A model generated the notes under the pieces. The model made no database searches. It was not told where the DNA came from and was given only the letters and a program-made list of their open reading frames with translations. A stretch of DNA of 63,506 nt, filler included, from Octopus bimaculoides (lineage: Eukaryota): assembly GCF_001194135.2 (NCBI RefSeq). It is 4 parts of 4 records of this genome, joined end to end, with 100 filler letters (N's around TTAATTAATTAA, not from the genome) between each part and the next. Parts side by side here need not be neighbours in the genome. Positions count along the whole stretch, not along the records: positions 1 to 17,510 come from NC_069003.1; positions 17,611 to 44,550 come from NC_068997.1; 2 more parts are not named here. One strand, written 5' to 3'. The number at the start of each line of letters is the position of its first letter. Positions within the stretch are counted from its first letter, which is position 1. The position numbers were made by a program, and so were the translations under genes. Of the stretch, positions 13,886 to 24,800 are shown piece by piece.

Positions 13886-15835
13886 AATGAATATATCGTA
13901 TAGATACACCCACGCATACACATACACATGTTAGTGTGCGCATACACACTAACATAGACAAGCACACACATAGACACACACACCTACACACACATACACA
14001 CATACGCTTACACATACGTATAAGGGCGAACGCACACCTACACACTAGCAAAAATATATGCGCTCATAGCACTGACACACATATACGCACATACACATAT
14101 ACACAGGCAAATATTCATATATACACACACACACACACATACCTACCTATAGATATGAAAGCGTGCGTATACATACGCACTATCACAGACATGCATACAT
14201 ACCTCCCCCCCACACACATAGTACCCCACACACACTGACACACACTTACACACACTCACACATACATTAACACACACATACACACACACACATCGCATAT
14301 ATATGTGGAGGGAGGTGAGCAGATGGACAGGCAAGTGTGATGATCGAAATAGCAACAAAAGAAACGGACAAAGGGAGGAGAAAACGAAGAGAGCCTGGCT
14401 ATAATAGCATCATCATCCAGTGTATTAAAAATATAGAATAATAATAATAATAATAAAAATAAATAAAAATAAAAAATTAAAAAAAACGCCAGAAGNNNNN
14501 NNNNNNNNNNNNNNNNNNNNNNNNNNNNNNNNNNNNNNNNNNNNNNNNNNNNNNNNNNNNNNNNNNNNNNNNNNNNNNNNNNNNNNNNNNNNNNNNNNNN
14601 NNNNNNNNNNNNNNNNNNNNNNNNNNNNNNNNNNNNNNNNNNNNNNNNNNNNNNNNNNNNNNNNNNNNNNNNNNNNNNNNNNNNNNNNNNNNNNNNNNNN
14701 NNNNNNNNNNNNNNNNNNNNNNNNNNNNNNNNNNNNNNNNNNNNNNNNNNNNNNNNNNNNNNNNNNNNNNNNNNNNNNNNNNNNNNNNNNNNNNNNNNNN
14801 NNNNNNNNNNNNNNNNNNNNNNNNNNNNNNNNNNNNNNNNNNNNNNNNNNNNNNNNNNNNNNNNNNNNNNNNNNNNNNNNNNNNNNNNNNNNNNNNNNNN
14901 NNNNNNNNNNNNNNNNNNNNNNNNNNNNNNNNNNNNNNNNNNNNNNNNNNNNNNNNNNNNNNNNNNNNNNNNNNNNNNNNNNNNNNNNNNNNNNNNNNNN
15001 NNNNNNNNNNNNNNNNNNNNNNNNNNNNNNNNNNNNNNNNNNNNNNNNNNNNNNNNNNNNNNNNNNNNNNNNNNNNNNNNNNNNNNNNNNNNNNNNNNNN
15101 NNNNNNNNNNNNNNNNNNNNNNNNNNNNNNNNNNNNNNNNNNNNNNNNNNNNNNNNNNNNNNNNNNNNNNNNNNNNNNNNNNNNNNNNNNNNNNNNNNNN
15201 NNNNNNNNNNNNNNNNNNNNNNNNNNNNNNNNNNNNNNNNNNNNNNNNNNNNNNNNNNNNNNNNNNNNAACAAATTCCTAAGTTGGAGGAATATCTCATT
15301 CAAAGCTAACCAGAAACCAAATTTTTCCAAAGTGCACAGAGCAACAAGCAACAAACAAGAGGTAATGAAGCCAGAAAGAAGGAAATGTTTTCATTGTTAA
15401 AAAGAAACAATAACATCACCACCACCACCACCATCGCTACCACCCCCACTACCAACACCAATAACAACAAAGAGGCCCGAGTATTTACCAGTCAGAAGAA
15501 GGAAAGACGCAGCATGTGAAGTCTGGCTTTATACAGCTTAACATTGATATTGAGAATAAATTGCTCAGCCTATCCGGGTTTTACTCATCTTAGGATATTT
15601 ATCACACAGGAGCACAGTACATTGGAGAGATCTCACTTTATTCATTTTACAAAAAGAGAAACAAAGAGAGATAGGAATCCATCCCCTCAGCAGAAACCAA
15701 CAACATAACATTTAACATTTTCATGCAATGTCTGGATGATTGCGCATTCAATTTTGAATGCTGAGCCGTGGTTCGGTCTGAATGGCATTGTCCAGTGATC
15801 AAATCTTGTGGAAGTTTTAAAGCCATGTGCCTACC

Positions 15836-16022
15836 ATGTGGTGGCCGGTTCTAGTCACCAGTTATTTACACGCGTGGTTCTTATTGGAAAGCGTGGTGTG
15901 GACATATGGTGCCGTGGATGTTTCCACCGCAGCTGGACACACCAGCAATGGCGTTACGTTGTCTCGAAAAACCAGAAGGACAGGAAACATTTATAGTTCA
16001 AAGGAATCCAGGAGTAAAAGAA
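15836..16022 (+). CDS. Candidate first coding exon of an unidentified secreted or membrane protein
   Basis: accATGt start; MWWPVLVTSYLHAWFLLESVVWTYG (signal-peptide-like) ...SKESRSKR, then a GTGAGT donor at 16023 (phase 1). Unique, non-repetitive sequence; no homolog recognised. Confidence 0.45.
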
Positions 16023-17510
16023 GTGAGTAATGTCATATTTTTATTGCTTGTTATATCGGTGGATATTTTCATGGTATTCTTTCTTGTCATTCGTTACCAT
16101 ATTCCTCATAAGAAAAATATATCAGTTTTCTAAAACCCTTCTTTAACCCGTTTACACTTTAAAGGGCTTGTTTTTCTACAGGTTTCTAAATATTTCAACG
16201 TAGACTAATGCTCTGTTAGAGTGTGTGGATATTTTCTTCAACGTGATCTGTTAATTATGTGTCGAATGACCATCAAACTTTTTATCACTTCCTAGTTTCG
16301 CGCTCGTCAGGAAAAATATCATTGAGCAATACATATAAACAATATTATTACCTTTTCCATAATATCACTGGACATTGAATGCTACAACTTATAACATAAC
16401 AGCACATGGGATGTAATATTCATAGCATATGATATGGATATTACTATCTTGAAATAATATCCACGATTACTCAACGCAACCACATGTTATAACACAAAGC
16501 ACATAGCGTGTAATATTCATGTTTTAAACGAAAGTGTAAAGGAACACAAACACACACATCTATACACGAAAATATGCATATGTCTATATATCATTTTCTA
16601 TAATATCGTATATTATATTATATTATATACATATGTACATATATGTATGTATGTATATATATATATATATAAACAAAAGTAAATGAGTATATGCATATAT
16701 ACGTACAGGTATGTGCATACCGACATCCACCTGTATGTATAGGTGCATATCTGGGTACAGGACATTGCACACAAACGTAGACGAGAACACACGAGCCACA
16801 TAGATATATATATATAGCATACACATATGCACACACACACACACACACACACACAAACTCACACACACACACACACACTCAGACACATATACACATCACG
16901 AAAACAAGGAGCTTTGTGCTCGAGTCCCATGCGTACGGAAACCCTACTTTTTTTTCCATCGAGGGCTTATATACCCCAATATTAGAGTATTTACTACAGT
17001 CTCTTATAAGCTCTAAGTCACAAAATACTATACGTGTGTTTGTGTGTGTTTATATTCAAACATTTACATATCAAATCTAATGTATGTTCATGTATGTCTA
17101 TGTATATATTACACGCGCAAGCGTACGCGCGCACACACACATACACACACACACACACACACATTATGACAAGGAAATAATTCAGAATTATATTCGGGTT
17201 TGAATTTCATGTATGTTTGTATGTATCAATATGCGGATGTATGTCTCTATGAATGTTACTTCATACGTATTTCTGTAGCTCTCTATTTGTACCGATGCCT
17301 TACTGCGTGTGAGCATACCTGTGCACGTGGTATGTGTATGGGAATTATATTTATTTTCATATGGTGATATAAATATATATATATATATATATATGTTAAT
17401 ATTTAGCTGAGGGAACACAGTGACTCAAGGTCTGATAGTTGAGGCACAGTGTGACTTCTGCTAAATATTTATACAAAAAAAAGATATATATATATATATA
17501 TATATATATA

Positions 17511-17610
17511 NNNNNNNNNNNNNNNNNNNNNNNNNNNNNNNNNNNNNNNNNNNNTTAATTAATTAANNNNNNNNNNNNNNNNNNNNNNNNNNNNNNNNNN
17601 NNNNNNNNNN
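17511..17610. other. Artificial 100-bp scaffold linker (44 N + TTAATTAATTAA + 44 N)
   Basis: Identical construct three times in the window; the 12-mer is palindromic with stops in all six frames. Confidence 0.9.
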
Positions 17611-18785
17611 CAACACCCCCTCATAAGCTCATCCCACCACACCCCATCCAATTCCTTACACCCACCCCTACCCACATACCCCACACTCCACCCATGCCTT
17701 CCCCACCTCCCAACACCCTCACATCACATCACACCAATACCCTCGCATCACACCACGCACACACTACAACTGACCAACTCCTTTCTCCCTTCCCCATTTT
17801 CACACTACATATGTCAAGATCACCAGCTTTCTATCTTCCACACACACAGCCCCTAGCTCTTCGATCACCGTTTGTTATCTCCCCCTTTTCTTAGCTCTCC
17901 TGAAAAAAGAATTTCTAACTTCTGGTCAGCCATTATTATGATTGACCGTTGACTGAACACTATNNNNNNNNNNNNNNNNNNNNNNNNNNNNNNNNNNNNN
18001 NNNNNNNNNNNNNNNNNNNNNNNNNNNNNNNNNNNNNNNNNNNNNNNNNNNNNNNNNNNNNNNNNNNNNNNNNNNNNNNNNNNNNNNNNNNNNNNNNNNN
18101 NNNNNNNNNNNNNNNNNNNNNNNNNNNNNNNNNNNNNNNNNNNNNNNNNNNNNNNNNNNNNNNNNNNNNNNNNNNNNNNNNNNNNNNNNNNNNNNNNNNN
18201 NNNNNNNNNNNNNNNNNNNNNNNNNNNNNNNNNNNNNNNNNNNNNNNNNNNNNNNNNNNNNNNNNNNNNNNNNNNNNNNNNNNNNNNNNNNNNNNNNNNN
18301 NNNNNNNNNNNNNNNNNNNNNNNNNNNNNNNNNNNNNNNNNNNNNNNNNNNNNNNNNNNNNNNNNNNNNNNNNNNNNNNNNNNNNNNNNNNNNNNNNNNN
18401 NNNNNNNNNNNNNNNNNNNNNNNNNNNNNNNNNNNNNNNNNNNNNNNNNNNNNNNNNNNNNNNNNNNNNNNNNNNNNNNNNNNNNNNNNNNNNNNNNNNN
18501 NNAATTTAGCCCTAGGAGACATCATCTCCAGCTGGCTATATTGTTTTGAGTTAAGTAGGGGTGCTAGATTCCCTTGTTCAAAAATATAAGGACACAGGTC
18601 GTATCATATAGCCAGCTGGAGACAATGTCTCCTGGGGCTAAATTACAGCAACATTCATCCTAAACCAGGACTGCTATGTTATGTTGGCAAATAATCTTTA
18701 TGCCAAAGTACTGTTGCTGAATATCTCTCGTGAGATTTAAAAATAGTAATTTTCTAAAAGTTATTCTGTAGTGAATGTAACTGAC

Positions 18786-18878
18786 CTTATTATTTTGCCA
18801 GTAAAAGGAAAGTGGTGCCCACAGGGCCATCAAGATGAGACCAATAGCAATTGCTTTCCTCTCAAAGAAGCTGTAGAC
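18786..18878 (-). CDS. PIGN: PIGN coding exon 18 (93 nt), last one visible
   Basis: [31 protein letters not shown]; ttccacag / gtcagt; no stop codon, so the gene must continue. Confidence 0.92.
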
Positions 18879-21800
18879 CTGTGGAATATAAGTGAGGACA
18901 GTACCAATAATTAATCAATGATTTGTTATGATGTAGTGGAAATATCATGTTTACATTATCAATACATTAAACCAGTTGAGCTCCAAGTCAATAAGGGAGC
19001 CTGTATGTGGTCGTTTGAACAGTTAGAAATAGCAGCCAAATCTTCATAAATTACAAGATTACAGTGGATAATGTAGTCCTAGGTGCCCAAAGCATAAGAC
19101 AAGGACAGGATGAACACAGATGTAATGCAGCCAAATCTCCTAAAGACCATACCTCACTATATATTAACCTTTAGTACACAGCATTTTCCAGTCACTACTC
19201 AGTTACTACAGGGGAGAAAACTCATACAGTGACATGATGCACTTACAGTGTGCTAAAGGATAAAAGTATGGAATGCTTTGGGGAATTGTAGTGTTAAATA
19301 CAATGTATGGAGAAAGATGGAATGCTTTTGCTTATAAGTCTATTAACTTGGTGTTCAACAGCAAACACTTTAAATGGTATGAAGATCAAAGGTTTCTCAC
19401 ATTTTTCTCTGCTAAAAATAGTCTTTGGGACAAGTCAGGAAATATTGCAGTCTTAAAAAGAAGTAAAGTTGTTTCCCAACGACATGGTTCTGAGTTTAGT
19501 TCCACTATGTGACACTATAGCCCTGGGATGGCCAAAACCTTGTCAGTGGATTTGGTAGACAGAAACTGAAAGAAAGATGTATGTATCATCATCATCATCA
19601 TCATTTAATGTCTGTTGTCCATGCTAGCATGGGTTGGACAGTTTGACTGGGGCTGATAAGCTGGAATGCTGCACCAGTCTCCAGTCCTATCTGGCATGGT
19701 TTTCTACAGCTGGATGCCCTTCCTAATGCCAACCACTCTGAGAATGTAATGGGTGCTTTAATGTGCTAATGGCACAGATGCCATTTGTGTGACACTGGTG
19801 TCTGCCATTAGTGCGATTTTAGTTGGCTTGATGGGTCTTCTCAAGCATAACAATGCCAAAGGATTTGGTCATTGCCTCTGTGAGGCCAAACACTCAAAAG
19901 GAGCTCAGCCACTTTGCTCCGTGTGCACACGTGCGTGTGTTTGTCCTCCAGCATCGCCTGACAACTGATGTTGGTGTGCTTATGACCTAACTTATTGGTT
20001 TGGCAAAAAAGATTGATAGAGTAAGTACAAAGCTTAAAAAAATAAGTACAGGGGTCGATTCATTCAACTAAAAAATCCTTCTACGTGATGCCCCAGCATG
20101 GCTGCAGTCTAATGAATGCAAACAAGATAAAAAAATAAAAACAAAGCATCAAATTCTTACCAAAATCTCCAACCCTATAAAAGTAACAATCAATTCCAGT
20201 CCAATTGAGTGGAGAATACGATTTTCATAAGCAGCCTTGACAGCAGCAAATACAATATCTTTCCTGGAAAAATAAAGAGCAATATGAATTATGTGTAAGA
20301 AGAGGTTCTGGGTAGTTTGCTAGAAACGTAAGGACACTGGACTTCAGTGACTCTAGTCCTGAGTTCAAATCCCACCTTGGGAGTCATATTCAGTTTTTAT
20401 CTCCTGAGGTTTAGAAAATTGAAGCATCAGTATTATACTGGGGCTGATTTTCTCAACTGTACTCATTCCCTGTGAAAATTGGCCCCGTTTTTAATGGGAA
20501 GAAAGCATTAAATTAGTGATGGGGAAAATGATGGGTGTTAAAGTAAAGACAAAAAGAAACAATGGGCTTAGATTACAAACCTTAAGAATTCACACACACA
20601 CGCACACACACCAACCCACCCACATACTTAGTACTTTCAGTTCTATTGAATATTTACATGCATTGGATACGACAATATACTAAGCAGTATCTTTTATTTG
20701 CTTCAGTTATTAGACTGCAGCCCATGCTGGGGCACAGTCTTGAAGAATGTTTAGACAAATGAATCAATCCAAGTACTTATTAAGTTTTTTAAGCTTGGAA
20801 CTTATTGTATCAGTCCCGTCTGCCAAACTGCTAAGTTACAGGGATGTAAACATACCAACACTGTCAAATGGTGGTGGTGGGGGATAAACAAACACACGGG
20901 CTTCTTTCAGTTTCCGTCAACCAAATCCTCTCACAAGGCTTTGGTTGGCCCAAGGCTGTAGTAGAAAACACTTGCCCAATGTGCCATGCAGTGGAACTGA
21001 ACCAGGAATCATGTGGTTGGGATGTAAACTTCTTACCACACAGCCATGCCTTGTAGAACATGGAATGAAATGATTAGGTGAAGGTGTTTGAACACCTGCA
21101 GCCAATCACAATAATGATGCAAAAAACACTTACCTGTGAATAACACTTCTCCAGATTAGAACTGGTAAAAGCAAGTACATGTAATACATGAGAGGCGATG
21201 ACGTCACTGGAAAGAAACCAGAACAAACCATTGTTATTTCTCCATTGTTTTTTTTTTCATTTCACATTTGTATTGTTAGTGTGTATGATGTAGTAACATG
21301 CATGCCTTTGGTAATGGTGTTAGAGACATGAATGAAGTAGTTCCAAGTTAGAAACAGATCCTGGTCCTATCTTCAATAAGATAGAATTATACAAATCTGT
21401 CCATGAGAAAGTATTATCATGTAATAAAAAGCACCCGGGCTGGTGTCACATAAAGAGAACCTGTGCTGGCACCACACAAGAAGCACCTGTGCTGGTGACA
21501 TATTAAAAGCACCTGTGCTAGCAGCATGTAAAAAAAAAGCACCCATGCCAGCACTTGGTATACTCTGTAAAATGGTTGGTGTTATCAAAGAAAAAAAAAA
21601 AAAGAATTGAAGAAAGAATTTATCCAAATAGAATAACAAGAAGAACATGCTAGAACATTACTTTGAAATGGTGAAGATTTTTTAATGAAATATATTAAAA
21701 GCCTTCTCTTCTTGTGGGAGCCTAGAATTTTCCAGAATCTGCTTTAAAAAAATTCTGTTATATCTTTTAATGTTTTACTGGTTTCAGTCAATGGTCTGTG

Positions 21801-24800
21801 GCCATGCTGGGGCACCACCTTGAAGAATTTTTAGTTGAATGAATCTACCAGAGTACTTATTCTATTGGTCTCTTTGGCCAAACTGCTAAGTTACAGAGAT
21901 GTAAACACACCAACACCGGTTGTCAAGTGTTGGGGGGGGGGGAGAAACACAGACAGGTTGATAAACTAAGTGCCAGTTGAGCACTGGGGGTTGATGTAAT
22001 CGACTAACCCCTCCCCCAAAATTGCTGGCCTAGAGCAAAAGAAATTTAAAACCAGTATTTAATGGAAACATTTGGCATTTTGTCCTCCACAAAAGATATA
22101 AAAAAAACAGAAGAGAAAAAAAAAAAAAACTAACTTACCAAAGAGGAAACCAATAATAACACATATGATTACAAGAATACTAATGTCAATGGAATTCTTC
22201 ATTGGCCACCAACGCAAGTTCATAATGTGCATTTGGAAACTTGTCGTCATCAAACCAGAATGCTTTTGTAACAAAAGGCAGGCGACAAAAAGCATCCAGC
22301 CAACAAAACTGAAAGACACACTCGTACTGAAATAGAAAAGTCGTAACAAGCTGTTAATGAAACGGTTCAAATACAAGAATAGATTTTGTTGTCTTGTGGC
22401 ATAAAATAGTAAAATCATAAAGGGAGGCTGAGGCTGGTGTCAGGTCAATGGTGTCTGGACTAAAATGAAGATGAGGAGTACTTTTGAAAGTAATTTTTCA
22501 AAAATAATAACTGCTCATAAACCTGGGCAAGGCTGGGTCCTGTTTCTGGTTACTTGTGTAACTTTATGGTTAGGTGAATACACACACACACGCACACATT
22601 GTAATATATGTATATTTAGGTATGAGGGGCAAAGTGCGGAAAGAGAGAGAGAGAGAGAGAGAAAAAGAGAACTTACCCCAATAACATTCTGTTATATGTT
22701 TGATAATACTGTAGCCCTTTCAAACTGAGATCTATTAATCTGTTCCCTTCTACAATCTGAAAGAGAGAATAAAGTATGTCATATTTTCCCCAAAAAACCC
22801 CTTCAAATGAAGATGGCAGGCAGTAGCCTTGACTCTCTGCTCTAGACTCTTGAGTTTAAATTCCATCAAAGTCAACTTTGTCTTTCATCCTTCAGAGGTT
22901 GATTAAAATAAGTACCAGTTATGCACTGGGGGGTCCATGTAATCAATTCCATCCTCCCTTCAAATTTGAGTGATTCTTAAAATATCAAATATTAAATATA
23001 TAATGACAGCAATTATTATAAAAGAGTGATAGCAGTTATTTACTTCAAGTACAATATTTGAATAACATGGCAGCAACATACTAGTTACTATCATATTTTA
23101 GCCTCGAAATGCCTGGTACAAAGCCACCTCCCTCGATACTGCATTCCCAATCTGTAGACAGGGGTCAAGTCTTGCAATGTAATTAGGTGACCTCACTAGT
23201 GCTGCTGCTGCTGCATACAAAGAAGAAGAAAAAAACACCAAAAACACCCGGTGCACTCTGTAAAGCTGTTGGTCTCAGGGAAGACATCCAGCCATGCAAA
23301 CTGTGCCAAAGCAGGTACTGGAGTTCAATGCAATCCCTTGGCTTTTTCAATATTGTTGGACCATCTACCCGATGTAAGCATGGAATAGAGATGTTAAATG
23401 ATTGCATGGTTCACACATTTGCTTCCCAATTGTATGGCTTCAGCTTTAATCCCACTGCAAGGCATCTTGAGTAATTGTCTTCTACTTTAGCGTTCCTCCC
23501 CCCACAAACCTTGTGGTTCAATCCGAATATGGAAACCGAAAGAAGCTCATCATATATTGTGTCATCTCATAAATAATGCAGTTTTTTTAATACTTTTATT
23601 TTTCAAAATTAAGCTAAAGTTCTTTTTCAATCTAAAATATACTCTCTCATTTTCTACAATGCTCTTCCATCTATCTGGTAGACTTGCAAGGCCTCTCTTC
23701 CAAAATTCACTTGTCTGTGATGAAAAATGCTCCTCCAGTACCGGTCTGACCTCGTCTACAGAATTCATATTTTTTCTGTCCAAATTATTTTGAAGACTGC
23801 AGAATAAATGATAATCAGATGGAGAAATGTCAAGCGAATATAGTGGGTGGGGCATCATTTCCCATTCAAATTGCTCCAGCCTTTGGAATATCATCCTCAA
23901 CATATGTGGTCAAGCATTCTCCTGATGGAAGAACACCTTTCGTCTTGAAACCAAGCCGTTTCTTCTTTTATAGACTGGGAGATCATTAGCTCCCTTAGAA
24001 ACATATGAAGGTGGGCGACAGGAAAGGCATCTGGTTGCAGAAAACTCTGCCCCAACAGACCCTTGTCTTACTCATGCAAGCATGGAAAAGCAGATATTAA
24101 AAAAAAAAGGTTTTGTTAGAAAGAACTCTAAATAACTTACTGCTTCTTCATATTGGCCAGCATAGATCAGATTGTGGATATGTTGAATTTTCTCAGCCTG
24201 AAATATGAAGAATATTTTTCATAGGAAGTCACATTCTGATTTTACATAAACCACATTAAACCCTCATCTTATTCTTTTATTGTTTTACTTGTTTTGGTCA
24301 TTTGACTGCGGCCATGCTGGAGCATCACCTTTAGTAGAACAAATCAATCCCAGGACTTATTCTTTGTAAGCCTAGTACTTATTCTATCAGTTTCTTTTGC
24401 CGAACCACTAAGTTATGAGGACGTAAACACACCAACATCGGTTGTGAAGCAATGGGGGGGGGGAACACAAATACATATGTGTGTGTGTATATATATATAT
24501 ATATGGTGGTTGTCTATTCCTTACACAGAGTTTGACCACCTCCTGCACGTTGGCATGGGTTGGACAGTTTGACAGGAACTGGATGGCTTAAAAAATTAGA
24601 CTAGTGGTTTTCAGCAATTCTTTTACCTATGGTCCCTCTTCGATTCCTATTTTACTTGGGTTGGACCCTCATAATCATTCCATGTTTAAAAAAATCTTGT
24701 TACATTCTTTAGGTATTTTTTTGCCGATGCTATTATTATTATTTATTCAAGGTACTGTCTGAAATTGAACTCAGAATCTTGGGGTTAGTAGCCCTCGTTA

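Noticed and set aside
8065-15354. Long ORFs of 280-434 aa in the track (also at 28018, 53917, 54138, 59463 and elsewhere)
   Set aside because: They are open only because they run through N gaps.
17555-17566. TTAATTAATTAA palindrome recurring three times, considered as a conserved site or piggyBac TTAA target
   Set aside because: It is always centred in exactly 44+44 Ns, so it is a synthetic six-frame-stop linker.
22327-22418. Extending PIGN exon 15 upstream along the open frame (LLRLFYFS)
   Set aside because: The conserved Y.TY.R..LG motif is supplied by the separate 80-nt exon at 22677-22756, and its phase-2 end fits the acceptor at 22328-22327.
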